Assembly: GCF_000247605.1 (NCBI RefSeq)
Contig: NC_016894.1
Location: forward strand, 1,515,732 to 1,539,731
Direction: 5' to 3'
Origin: Acetobacterium woodii DSM 1030
GTDB taxonomy: Bacteria; Bacillota; Clostridia; Eubacteriales; Eubacteriaceae
DNA: 24,000 bases
Shown here: positions 9,405-18,127 of the stretch, piece by piece
How the letters are laid out: each line of letters begins with the position of its first letter
Numbering within the stretch: position 1 is the stretch's first letter
The notes under the pieces: generated by a model
What the model was told of the DNA's origin: nothing
Databases searched by the model: none
Seen by the model: only the letters and a program-made list of their open reading frames with translations
Made by a program: the position numbers and the translations under genes

Positions 9405-9433
9405 TTGATCTTTTAAGGAAAGTTTGATATAAT
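9405..9433 (+). promoter_or_regulatory. Promoter of rpmE
   Basis: TTGATC (9405-9410), 17 nt spacer, extended -10 TGATATAAT (TATAAT 9428-9433). Confidence 0.7.
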
Positions 9434-9491
9434 GTCTCGGTTGATAAAATAACGATAAACAATTAAATAAATAAGAAACGAGGTGGATTCG

Positions 9492-9707
9492 ATGAAAGAA
9501 GGCATTCATCCAAATTACGGCAAATCAATAGTTAAATGTGCTTGCGGAAATTCATTTGAAACTGGTTCTATTAAACCAGAATTAAAAGTGGAAATCTGTT
9601 CTGCATGTCACCCATTTTTCACAGGGAAACAAAAACTTGTTGATGCTGGTGGACGTGTTGATCGATTTAATAAAAAATACGGTATTAAAAACGAGTCAGC
9701 AGAATAA
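9492..9707 (+). CDS. rpmE: 50S ribosomal protein L31, zinc-binding type
   Basis: [26 protein letters not shown]...[31 protein letters not shown], with CxC and CxxC zinc ligands. Confidence 0.98.
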   Translation: MKEGIHPNYGKSIVKCACGNSFETGSIKPELKVEICSACHPFFTGKQKLVDAGGRVDRFNKKYGIKNESAE

Positions 9708-9715
9708 CAATAAGA

Positions 9716-9744
9716 AAAAGTCGGTTCTTGTAACCGGCTTTTTT
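9716..9744 (+). terminator. Intrinsic terminator downstream of rpmE
   Basis: AAAAAGTCGGTT-CTTGT-AACCGGCTTTTTT stem-loop with T tail. Confidence 0.85.
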
Positions 9745-9795
9745 CTTGTTCAAAGGCATCATGGTTGTTTTGACGAGTTGAGACGAGGTAAATAG

Positions 9796-10680
9796 ATGAC
9801 CATCAGAGAGATTTTAGATTATGGCCGGAAATTACTTTCCCAGGCCCAAATTGAATATCCCGGTTTAGAAGCCGAAATTCTTTTAAGTGGGATTTTAAAT
9901 AAGGACCGGGTTTATTTTTACACGCATCACCAAGAATTGTTGGACGCGATTAGTGAAGAGCACTATCGTCAGGCCATCAAGCGGCGGAGTCAACTTGAGC
10001 CGGTCGCTTATATTCTGGGGAAAAAAGAATTTATGGGGTTGGACTTTTTAGTCAATCGGCAGGTGCTGATTCCCCGGCCGGATACAGAACCAATGGTGGA
10101 ATATCTGATTGAATATTTACAGGCCAATTTTCCGGACGGTGCGAAAATTCTTGATTTATGTACCGGCAGCGGAGCGATTGGGATTTCAATTAAGCACTTT
10201 TATCAAAAAGGTCAAGTGGCGCTTAGTGACCTTTCGGAAGCGGCCTTAACCGTGGCCCGGGAAAATGCCAATCGTTTGGTAAATGGCGATCTTTCGCTTT
10301 ATCAAGGGGATTTATTGGCGGCGCTTCCGCAAGGTGAAACTTTTACGGTGATTGTTTCAAATCCGCCTTATATCAGGCAGTCCGAGATGAAACAGTTAGC
10401 ACCGGATATCATCGCTTATGAACCCCATCTGGCGCTTGATGGCGGCGAATCCGGTTTGGATTTTTATCGCCGCATTATTCGTGAGGCACCATTGTTTTTA
10501 AAAAAAAACGGTTTGCTGGCATTAGAAGTAGGGGATGAGCAAGCCGATGCGGTTGCCGCTCTTTTAGACCGGCAAGGTTATCATGAAATTAAAAAAATAA
10601 TGGATTTGGGCGGACATGTGCGGTGTTTAACCGGAAAATTTACAAAGACAAAGCCAATGGATAATAATAAATTGGGATGA
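9796..10680 (+). CDS. prmC: Peptide chain release factor N5-glutamine methyltransferase
   Basis: LDLCTGSGAIGIS SAM-binding motif, VSNPPYI catalytic NPPY, YILGKKEFMGLDFLVNRQVLIPRPDTE. Confidence 0.96.
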   Translation: MTIREILDYGRKLLSQAQIEYPGLEAEILLSGILNKDRVYFYTHHQELLDAISEEHYRQAIKRRSQLEPVAYILGKKEFMGLDFLVNRQVLIPRPDTEPMVEYLIEYLQANFPDGAKILDLCTGSGAIGISIKHFYQKGQVALSDLSEAALTVARENANRLVNGDLSLYQGDLLAALPQGETFTVIVSNPPYIRQSEMKQLAPDIIAYEPHLALDGGESGLDFYRRIIREAPLFLKKNGLLALEVGDEQADAVAALLDRQGYHEIKKIMDLGGHVRCLTGKFTKTKPMDNNKLG

Positions 10681-10696
10681 CGTCTCTAAAAAATTG

Positions 10697-10705
10697 TGAT
10701 AGAAT
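10697..10705 (+). promoter_or_regulatory. Candidate extended -10 for efp
   Basis: TGATAGAAT (TGn plus TAGAAT), without a clear -35. Confidence 0.35.
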
Positions 10706-10756
10706 AACAAGATAAGATGAAAAGAAAAAATTAACATAAGCATAGCGGAGGTAAAC

Positions 10757-11314
10757 ATGGTTTCAGCAGGAGATTTTAAAAAAGGGGTAACGTTTGAAAT
10801 GGATGGTAACACATTTACGATCATCGAATTTCAACACGTAAAACCGGGTAAAGGGGCGGCGTTTGTTCGAACTAAAATTCGAAATGTAATTACTGGGGCA
10901 GTGGTTGAAAAATCATTCAACCCAACCGAGCGATATCCGAAAGCACAAGTGGAAACACGAGAAATGCAATATTTATATGAAGATGGTGGTTTATACTACT
11001 TCATGGATCAGGAAACCTATGAACAAATTCCTTTGAATTTGAATCAGGTTGAAGAAGCGTTAAAATACCTGAAGGAAAATGATATTGCAACAGTAAAATC
11101 TCTTAAAGGGACAGCATTCTCTGTTGCAGCTCCGAATTTTGTGGAGTTGGAAATTGTCAAAACCGATCCCGGTTTCAAGGGCGACACCGCAACAGGGGCC
11201 AATAAACCGGCTACCGTTGAAACCGGTGCGATTATTACCGTTCCTCTTTTTGTTGAACAAGGTGATGTGATTCGAATTGATACCCGTACGGGCGATTACA
11301 TGGAAAGGGTATAA
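10757..11314 (+). CDS. efp: Elongation factor P
   Basis: [44 protein letters not shown]...[13 protein letters not shown]. Confidence 0.98.
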   Translation: MVSAGDFKKGVTFEMDGNTFTIIEFQHVKPGKGAAFVRTKIRNVITGAVVEKSFNPTERYPKAQVETREMQYLYEDGGLYYFMDQETYEQIPLNLNQVEEALKYLKENDIATVKSLKGTAFSVAAPNFVELEIVKTDPGFKGDTATGANKPATVETGAIITVPLFVEQGDVIRIDTRTGDYMERV

Positions 11315-11316
11315 AA

Positions 11317-11748
11317 ATGAAATACATTAATGAAAAAGTGGCCTATACCAAAGGTTTAGTGGATGGTTTAGAATTAGACCAGGCATCTAATGAAGGTAAG
11401 GTTCTGGTTCAGGTGTTGGATATTCTTGAAGATATCGTTGATGCTTTGGATGGGATTACCGAAGCGCAGGAAGAACTGGAAGAATTTGTGGAAATGGTCG
11501 ATGATGATTTATCAGAACTGGAAGAATTTATTTTAGATGAAGATTTCGCTGATGATGAAGAATTTGAGTTTGATGATGAAGATTATTATGAAATCATTTG
11601 TCCCGAATGCGGAAATGTTTATATTACCGAATTTGATTCGTTTGAAAATAATTCAGTCGTTTGCCCGGAATGTGGAGCACCATTTATCCTAAATGAAGAA
11701 ATTTCGTGTTGTGGCGAAGATGGCTGTGATTGTCATCAGGAAATTTAA
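11317..11748 (+). CDS. CD1247-type acidic small protein with C-terminal zinc-ribbon cysteines
   Basis: N-terminal YINEKVAYTKGLVDGLELDQASNEGKVL, acidic middle, then CPECGNVY...CPECGAPF...CCGEDGCDCH. Confidence 0.75.
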   Translation: MKYINEKVAYTKGLVDGLELDQASNEGKVLVQVLDILEDIVDALDGITEAQEELEEFVEMVDDDLSELEEFILDEDFADDEEFEFDDEDYYEIICPECGNVYITEFDSFENNSVVCPECGAPFILNEEISCCGEDGCDCHQEI

Positions 11749-11765
11749 AGAACTCAGGTAATAAG

Positions 11766-12110
11766 ATGAAAACAGAAATGAAAAACAATCAGTCACCGGA
11801 TATCAATGACGAAATGATCGCTTCAATTGTCAGCTTAGCAGCGACAGGTGTTAACGGTGTGGAGCGTATTTCATTGAGAATCACCGATGAAATTATGGAT
11901 AAGCTGTTGCTGGCGTCTTCAATCAAAGGAGTCAAGATTGTTAGAAACCCGGAAGGTTTAATTATCTGGGTTTATATCATCACGGAACCGGGAGTTGACA
12001 TTATCAAGGTTTCGGAAGCGGTTCAGAAAAAGGTCAAAGTTGCGGTCGAGTCAATGACCGGTTTTCAGGTGTCAATGGTTAATGTCCGAATCGAAGGTTC
12101 AGGCATCTAA
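11766..12110 (+). CDS. Asp23/Gls24 family envelope stress protein
   Basis: NDEMIASIVSLAATGVNGVERIS...VSEAVQKKVKVAVESMTGFQVSMVNVRIEG. The ATG at 11766 is preferred over the ORF-track start. Confidence 0.9.
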   Translation: MKTEMKNNQSPDINDEMIASIVSLAATGVNGVERISLRITDEIMDKLLLASSIKGVKIVRNPEGLIIWVYIITEPGVDIIKVSEAVQKKVKVAVESMTGFQVSMVNVRIEGSGI

Positions 12111-12129
12111 GGGGCGTAAGCCCCTTTTT
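12109..12129 (+). terminator. Short GNRA-capped terminator/attenuator between asp23 and nusB
   Basis: AAGGGGC-GTAA-GCCCCTT plus TTT. The stem starts inside the asp23 stop codon. Confidence 0.55.
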
Positions 12130-12158
12130 AAAGGATAAAAGGAATACGAGGAGTTCAC

Positions 12159-12575
12159 ATGAGTCGAAAAAAGGAACGGGAGTATGCTTTAAAAGGTATA
12201 TTTCAACTAGACTTTCACCCAGAACCAGGAGATTTTACCGAAAGTATCGCATTTTTTTTAGAGGACAATGAGCTGGATCTGAAGTATGGAAAAACTTTGA
12301 TCGACAATACCGAAGCTCATCTTGCCGAAATAGATAGTATTTTAGATGATTATCTAAAAGTTACCTGGAAAATTGACCGAATTCCCAAGGTTGAAAAATC
12401 AGTTTTACGTTTGGCGATTTGCGAATTGAAATATATGGATGAAAAAGTACCGTTTGAAGTAGTCATTAATGAGGCAATAGAATTAACTAAAAAATTCGGA
12501 GACGAGGATGGAAAAAATTACGTTAATGGTATTTTAAATAAAATTGTTAAGGATGAACTCAATGAGTGCCCTTAG
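12159..12575 (+). CDS. nusB: Transcription antitermination protein NusB
   Basis: REYALKGIFQLDF...VEKSVLRLAICELKYMDEKVPFEVVINEAIELTKKFGDEDGKNYVNGILNKIV. Confidence 0.95.
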   Translation: MSRKKEREYALKGIFQLDFHPEPGDFTESIAFFLEDNELDLKYGKTLIDNTEAHLAEIDSILDDYLKVTWKIDRIPKVEKSVLRLAICELKYMDEKVPFEVVINEAIELTKKFGDEDGKNYVNGILNKIVKDELNECP

Positions 12576-13524
12576 TCTTGGCATTGATACCAGTAATTAT
12601 ACAACTTCGGTTGCCTTAGTGGACGAAAATGAAAACATGATTTATAACAAGGGCATCCTATTGGAAGTGAAGTCAGGAGAAAGAGGACTTCGTCAATCGG
12701 ATGCTCTTTTTCAGCATGTCAAACATTTACCGGTGCTGTTTGAAGAGCTGGGGCAGCAGCGGGATATAAACGTTATTTGTTACTCCGAAAAACCGCGGTC
12801 GCTAGCAGACTCCTATATGCCGGTATTTCGCGCCGGTGAGTCGCTGGCCCGTTCGTTGGCCGCTAACTTGGGTGTCCCCAAGTTAGCGGTCAGCCATCAG
12901 GAAAATCATATTCGGGCCGCCCTTTATGGCAGCGGCTCGCCACATCTCGAAACAGTTTTCTGCGCGGTTCATTTTTCCGGCGGCACCTCGGAAATTCTTC
13001 TCGTCGAAAAGCAGGAGATCGGTTATCACTGTAGAATTATCGCCCAAACCCGGGATCTTAATGCCGGACAACTGGTTGATCGCATTGGGGTTTTGATGGG
13101 TTGTGATTTCCCGGCGGGGAAAGCCCTGGAAGTGCTGGCGAACCAGGCTGATATCACGAATAACGATCAAAAACTTGTAATCTCAACATCGCTCGAAGGA
13201 TGGGATTTTCATTTTTCGGGCCAGGAAAATCAGGCTAAAAGACATTTGGAAAATGGTGCCGATCACGGTTTGGTCGCTTATCTGGTTTTAAAATCGATCG
13301 CCAAAACACTGTCTAAAAGCATTGTGGGACTCAGTAAAAAATATTCCTTTCAAGCGGTTCTTTTTTCCGGTGGGGTGATGTCAAATCAGATCATCAAAGC
13401 GATTGCTGAAAAAGAACTGAAACTATCGGGGTTGTCGCTTTATTTCTCACCCGGAGAGTATTCCCGGGATAATGCCGCGGGTAATGCTTTAATGGGAATG
13501 GATTATTACAAAAAGATGAGGTAA
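12562..13524 (+). CDS. Divergent Kae1/TsaD-family (O-sialoglycoprotein endopeptidase-like) protein
   Basis: MSALSLGIDTSNYTTSVALVD, HQENHI (HxxxH), SGGTSEI, GGVMSN, DNAAGNALMG. ASKHA/Kae1 fold motifs but divergent from canonical TsaD. Overlaps the nusB 3' end. An alternative upstream start exists at 12544. Confidence 0.82.
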   Translation: MSALSLGIDTSNYTTSVALVDENENMIYNKGILLEVKSGERGLRQSDALFQHVKHLPVLFEELGQQRDINVICYSEKPRSLADSYMPVFRAGESLARSLAANLGVPKLAVSHQENHIRAALYGSGSPHLETVFCAVHFSGGTSEILLVEKQEIGYHCRIIAQTRDLNAGQLVDRIGVLMGCDFPAGKALEVLANQADITNNDQKLVISTSLEGWDFHFSGQENQAKRHLENGADHGLVAYLVLKSIAKTLSKSIVGLSKKYSFQAVLFSGGVMSNQIIKAIAEKELKLSGLSLYFSPGEYSRDNAAGNALMGMDYYKKMR

Positions 13525-13529
13525 AGCAG

Positions 13530-14738
13530 ATGACAAATTCAAAAATACTCAGTGTTTCCGAGGTTAATAAATATGTCAAGACGCTCCTGGAATCCAACAG
13601 TCTGCTTAGAAATTTAGCAATCCAAGGCGAATTATCCAATGTCAGACGGGCGTCTTCGGGACATCTCTATTTTTCATTAAAAGATGCGGGCAGTAAAATA
13701 GATTGCGTGATGTTTAAAAATGCTGCCGTTGGGCTTAGTTTTTTGCCAAAAGAAGGACAAAAAGTGACCATTCGCGGAAGTTTTGGGGTATATCTACCTT
13801 ACGGACAATATCAAATTACTGTCCGTTCGATGGAACCGCAGGGGGTTGGTGATCTTTTTCAGGCTTACCTGGTGTTAAAAGATAAATTGGAAAAGCAAGG
13901 TTATTTTGACCCTGACCATAAGCAAAAACTGCCCGGAATCATTAGTCGGGTGGGTCTGGTCACTTCACCCACCGGTGCGGCAATTAAAGATGTGATCTCA
14001 GTCATTAAACGGCGTAATCCATTAATCGATATGGTGATCTATCCCAGCCCGGTTCAAGGCGATGAAGCTGCCCCGGCAATCATCAAGGGAATTCGTTATT
14101 TTAATCAGGTTCAATCAGTAGATGTTATTATCATCGGCCGTGGTGGCGGTGCTATCGAGGATTTGTGGGCATTTAATGATGAACGGTTGGCAAAGGTCAT
14201 TTATGATTCACAATTGCCGATTATTTCCGCCGTTGGTCATGAAATTGATTATACCATTGCCGATTTTGTGGCGGACTTGCGGGCGCCGACGCCATCAGGT
14301 GCGGCGGAACTGGTTGCCGAGGAAACGCTTGGCATGATTGAAGCAGTGATGTTGCAAAAAAAACGCCTGATCCAACTGATCGAAACGAAAATTTTAAAAA
14401 AACGCGCGGAACTTGAGCAGATGAGGCGAAGTTTAAAGCGGTTTCGACCTCGCGAACGGCTTGACGATAAGCGCATTCAACTGGATGCGATTCAGGATCG
14501 GATGATGCTGGCCATGAAAAATCAGATTAAAAATGAACGCTTGCAATTAAAAAATGTGCAAACCCGAATTACCGCAATGGATCCTGCTAAGGTGCAAAAA
14601 AAAGGTTATGTCCGAGTGACCGACGCCGCGGGTCTTTTAGTTGATTCGATAACCGGGTTAAAGATCGATCAACTTGTCACCCTCCATTTTGTGGATGGCG
14701 AGGTGGCAGCGAACATTCAATCCATAAAGGAGAATTAA
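13530..14738 (+). CDS. xseA: Exodeoxyribonuclease VII large subunit
   Basis: LSVSEVNKYVKTLLESN...GELSNVRRASSGHLYFSLKD, IIIGRGGGAIEDLWAFNDERLAKVIYDSQLPIISAVGHEIDYTIADFVADLRAPTPSGAAE. Confidence 0.97.
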   Translation: MTNSKILSVSEVNKYVKTLLESNSLLRNLAIQGELSNVRRASSGHLYFSLKDAGSKIDCVMFKNAAVGLSFLPKEGQKVTIRGSFGVYLPYGQYQITVRSMEPQGVGDLFQAYLVLKDKLEKQGYFDPDHKQKLPGIISRVGLVTSPTGAAIKDVISVIKRRNPLIDMVIYPSPVQGDEAAPAIIKGIRYFNQVQSVDVIIIGRGGGAIEDLWAFNDERLAKVIYDSQLPIISAVGHEIDYTIADFVADLRAPTPSGAAELVAEETLGMIEAVMLQKKRLIQLIETKILKKRAELEQMRRSLKRFRPRERLDDKRIQLDAIQDRMMLAMKNQIKNERLQLKNVQTRITAMDPAKVQKKGYVRVTDAAGLLVDSITGLKIDQLVTLHFVDGEVAANIQSIKEN

Positions 14739-14740
14739 GA

Positions 14741-14959
14741 GTGGCAGTTAAAAAACTCAAAAGTAAAATGAGTCGTCTGGAGACCATTGCAGAACTATTG
14801 GAAGAAGATAATCAGGAAATCGAAGCCTCCATGAAGTTATTTGCCGAAGGAATGAAACTGATTAAAGAATGCAGCGCTGATTTGGATACCATCGAAGGAA
14901 AAATAACGATCATGATTGATGGCGAAGAAAGCGAATTTGAGGGGAGCGTGGAAGTGTGA
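14741..14959 (+). CDS. xseB: Exodeoxyribonuclease VII small subunit
   Basis: GTG start. 72 aa, SRLETIAELLEEDNQEIEASMKLFAEGMKLIKECSADLD, directly after xseA. Confidence 0.9.
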   Translation: MAVKKLKSKMSRLETIAELLEEDNQEIEASMKLFAEGMKLIKECSADLDTIEGKITIMIDGEESEFEGSVEV

Positions 14960-15852
14960 ATGAGTTCAAGACCCTGTTAAGTAGCAAGGTTAGCGCAATA
15001 AATAGTGATCTTGAGATGGCTTTCGAACAAAATCTGGACACCCCGGAAGTGATTATTGAAGCCATGAAATACAGTCTTTTTGCCGGCGGAAAACGCCTGA
15101 GACCGATTTTAATGATGGAAACCTGCCGGGCCCTGGAGGGTGATGTTGAGTTAATTAAACCGCTTGCCATGGGGATTGAAATGATTCATACGTATTCATT
15201 GATCCATGATGATTTACCGGCGATGGATAACGATGATCTGCGCCGGGGGAAAGCGACTAACCACAAAGTTTATGGTGATGCAATGGCGATTTTGGCCGGC
15301 GATGGCCTGTTAAACTATGCCGCTGAAACGATGTTGGCGGGAGCTCATAACTTATCCGGCGACACCTTGGTCAATTATCTTAATGCGATGAAAAGTATTA
15401 TGGGCGCCGCCGGAATTCGAGGGATGATCGGTGGGCAGGTGGCCGATATGCTCAGTGAAAATAAGATCATTGATCTTGATGAAATGAACTATATTCATTT
15501 GCACAAAACGGCGGCCCTGTTAGAAGCTTGTGTTCAGAGTGGCTGTATTATTGCCGGCGCTGAACCGGCAACTCAGGGACGGCTGATCAGTTATAGTCAT
15601 CGCATTGGTCTGGCGTTTCAGATTGTTGATGACATTTTGGATATTGAAGGCGATGAAGTGGATCTTGGCAAGCCCATTGGCAGTGACGAAAAAAATCATA
15701 AGTCAACCTTTGTGTCGCTTTATGGTTTGGAGGCTTCAAAAATTCGGGTCACTGAACTTGAAACCGAAGCCATTGAACTGCTAAAACCGATTGGCCCAAG
15801 AACCGCTTTTCTATCGCAATTGGCAACCTATATTTGCCGACGTCGGAAATAG
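14956..15852 (+). CDS. ispA: Farnesyl/geranylgeranyl diphosphate synthase (polyprenyl synthetase)
   Basis: GGKRLRPIL, first aspartate motif DDLPAMDNDDLRRG, second DDILD. GTG start overlaps the xseB stop. Confidence 0.95.
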   Translation: MNEFKTLLSSKVSAINSDLEMAFEQNLDTPEVIIEAMKYSLFAGGKRLRPILMMETCRALEGDVELIKPLAMGIEMIHTYSLIHDDLPAMDNDDLRRGKATNHKVYGDAMAILAGDGLLNYAAETMLAGAHNLSGDTLVNYLNAMKSIMGAAGIRGMIGGQVADMLSENKIIDLDEMNYIHLHKTAALLEACVQSGCIIAGAEPATQGRLISYSHRIGLAFQIVDDILDIEGDEVDLGKPIGSDEKNHKSTFVSLYGLEASKIRVTELETEAIELLKPIGPRTAFLSQLATYICRRRK

Positions 15853-15923
15853 CTAAACGCTGAGACTAAAATTTTAGAAAATAGCTTTATAAATGAAAAT
15901 GGTACCCATGAAAAGAGGAGAAA

Positions 15924-16751
15924 TTGAAAGAACGTTTAGATAAACTATTAGTCAGCCTGAATTATTTTGATACCCGCGAACGCGCTAAAAAAGCAATTAT
16001 GGCAGGTCTCATCCAGGTTAATGGCCAGGTTAAGGATAAAGCCGGCGATCTGGTCGATCCCGCCGCGATCATTCTAATTAAAGGCAGTGATATGCCTTAT
16101 GTCAGCAGAGGTGGCTTAAAATTGGAAAAGGGCCTGGCTGTTTTTGAGATGCCGGTTGCTGGTAAAGTGATTATTGATATTGGCTCTTCAACTGGCGGTT
16201 TTACCGATTGTCTCTTGCAAAATGGGGCCGAAAAGGTTTATTCAGTGGATGTTGGTTATGGACAATTGGATTGGAAATTACGCAATGATCCACGCGTTGT
16301 TTCAATGGAACGGACCAATTTTCGTTATCTGACGACTGAGCATATTGCGGAGCCCGTTGATGCTACAGTGATGGATGTATCGTTTATTTCGATCACTAAA
16401 CTGATCCCGGCCATTAAACGGTTTATGAAACCCGGATCTAACGGGATCTGGTTAATTAAACCGCAGTTTGAGGCGGGGCGTGACCGGATTGGAAAAAATG
16501 GCGTGATTCGTGATAAAAAAATCCATGAAACGATTTTACATGAAGTGCTGATGGCGATTGAAAGCCAGAATATTACGATCAAAGGTTTAGATTATTCGCC
16601 GATCCAAGGCCCCAAAGGTAACATTGAATTTTTAGTTTTTATTGAAAATACCGAGCCGAAAGCAGCAGAAAATTGGTCGGCACTGATCCATTCGGTTGTG
16701 ACGATCGCCCATGAAAACTGCACAAAAAAGAAAGCACCGCTTGACGAATAG
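15924..16751 (+). CDS. tlyA: TlyA-family rRNA methyltransferase/haemolysin-like protein
   Basis: N-terminal S4 domain (RLDKLLVSLNYFDTRERAKKAIMAGLIQVNGQ), FtsJ-like DIGSSTGGFTDCLLQNGAEKVYSVDVGYGQLDW. Confidence 0.94.
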   Translation: MKERLDKLLVSLNYFDTRERAKKAIMAGLIQVNGQVKDKAGDLVDPAAIILIKGSDMPYVSRGGLKLEKGLAVFEMPVAGKVIIDIGSSTGGFTDCLLQNGAEKVYSVDVGYGQLDWKLRNDPRVVSMERTNFRYLTTEHIAEPVDATVMDVSFISITKLIPAIKRFMKPGSNGIWLIKPQFEAGRDRIGKNGVIRDKKIHETILHEVLMAIESQNITIKGLDYSPIQGPKGNIEFLVFIENTEPKAAENWSALIHSVVTIAHENCTKKKAPLDE

Positions 16752-16764
16752 GATGTGAACAGCA

Positions 16765-17637
16765 TTGGAAACAGAATTAAAAAAGTTTAATGAAATTGGC
16801 ATTTATTTGAATATGGATAAGCCGGATAGTCAGGTTCTGGCCGAAAAGTGTATGGACTACCTGATTGCTCATGGCTTTAAAGTGGCTCTTTTAGAGGGGC
16901 AAATACGTTCTTCTCATAATCAGGTTAATTACTATTCCAAAACGCTTTTTTATCGAAAACCGGATTGTATTCTGGTGCTTGGCGGGGACGGAACACTGTT
17001 ATTTGTAGCTCGAAAAGTTTGTTTTTATGCCATTCCGATTTTTGGCATAAACCTCGGCAAACTGGGCTTTTTAACCGAAGGCGAAGCGGCTAATTACGAA
17101 GAAACGCTCAGTAATTTAAGCTCCGGAAACGCCTATATTGAAAAACGGATGATGTTGAGCTGCAGCATTAAAAAGCGCAACGAAAGTGCCTGTTTTTATG
17201 TTGCCTTAAACGATGTGCTGATTAAAAGTCGCGGTTTTCGCATGATGGATATCGAGGCTAAAGCCAATGGTTCAACGATTGATAAGTTTCGCGCTGATGG
17301 TTTAATTATAGCAACACCGACAGGTTCAACCGGTTATTCACTAGCCGCCGGCGGGCCAGTGGTTTCACCGGCAGCTAATGTGATGATTCTCAACCCGATT
17401 TGTCCCCATCGTCTTCATGACCGCTCGTATATTCTGCCCGAAGACGAAGTAATTAATCTGGAGTTTGGCGATCGGGAAAAAGACATCATGGTGACCTTCG
17501 ACGGGCAAACAACGGTCTCAATCACCCCGGAAGATACGGTCAAAATAAAAAAAGCCAGTTATTGCACCCGGCTGATCCGACTCAACAATATGAGTAGTTA
17601 TGATCGCTTAAGAGTAAAGCTTTCCTGTGAATATTAG
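16765..17637 (+). CDS. nadK: NAD kinase
   Basis: LVLGGDGTLL, GINLGKLGFLTE, RADGLIIATPTGSTGYSLAAGGPVVSP. Confidence 0.96.
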   Translation: METELKKFNEIGIYLNMDKPDSQVLAEKCMDYLIAHGFKVALLEGQIRSSHNQVNYYSKTLFYRKPDCILVLGGDGTLLFVARKVCFYAIPIFGINLGKLGFLTEGEAANYEETLSNLSSGNAYIEKRMMLSCSIKKRNESACFYVALNDVLIKSRGFRMMDIEAKANGSTIDKFRADGLIIATPTGSTGYSLAAGGPVVSPAANVMILNPICPHRLHDRSYILPEDEVINLEFGDREKDIMVTFDGQTTVSITPEDTVKIKKASYCTRLIRLNNMSSYDRLRVKLSCEY

Positions 17638-17667
17638 GAACGGGGCGCTATCAAAGGAGGGGAAAAA

Positions 17668-18117
17668 ATGAAAGTATCCAGACAACTAAAAATTATTGAA
17701 ATCATCGAAAATAACTTTATTGAAACCCAGGAAGAACTTGCTCAGGCCTTAAAAGATTCAGGTTTTGCAGTGACGCAAGCGACGATTTCCCGGGATATTA
17801 AAGAGTTAAAATTGATTAAGGTCAGTAACCATGATGGCATTCAACATTATGCACCGCTTAAAGACATCGGCACTATTTATAATGAACGCGTTACGGCAGT
17901 GTTTAAGGAGTCCGTCTTAACGATTGATTATGTCGAAAATACGGTTGTTTTGAGAACCCTTCCGGCGATGGCTCAAGCGGCGGCCCTGGCGATTGATTCG
18001 ATGGACTGGTGTGAAATTGTCGGAACAATTGCTGGTGACGATACTATTTTTGTCCTCGTCCGTAATCGCGACATGGTTGGTGAAGTCGTGGGCAAATTCA
18101 AGAAGTTAATGAAATAG
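17668..18117 (+). CDS. argR: Arginine repressor ArgR
   Basis: HTH ETQEELAQALKDSGFAVTQATISRDIKELKLIKV, C-terminal GTIAGDDTIFVLVR. Confidence 0.96.
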   Translation: MKVSRQLKIIEIIENNFIETQEELAQALKDSGFAVTQATISRDIKELKLIKVSNHDGIQHYAPLKDIGTIYNERVTAVFKESVLTIDYVENTVVLRTLPAMAQAAALAIDSMDWCEIVGTIAGDDTIFVLVRNRDMVGEVVGKFKKLMK

Positions 18118-18127
18118 GGAGGGCTCT

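Noticed and set aside
9258-9509. Antisense ORF between rho and rpmE
   Set aside because: Covers the rho 3' end, the rpmE promoter and its start. No homology recognisable.
11500-11640. GA-rich repeated codon tract in the CD1247-like gene as a tandem repeat
   Set aside because: Imperfect and explained by Asp/Glu-rich coding composition; no regular unit.
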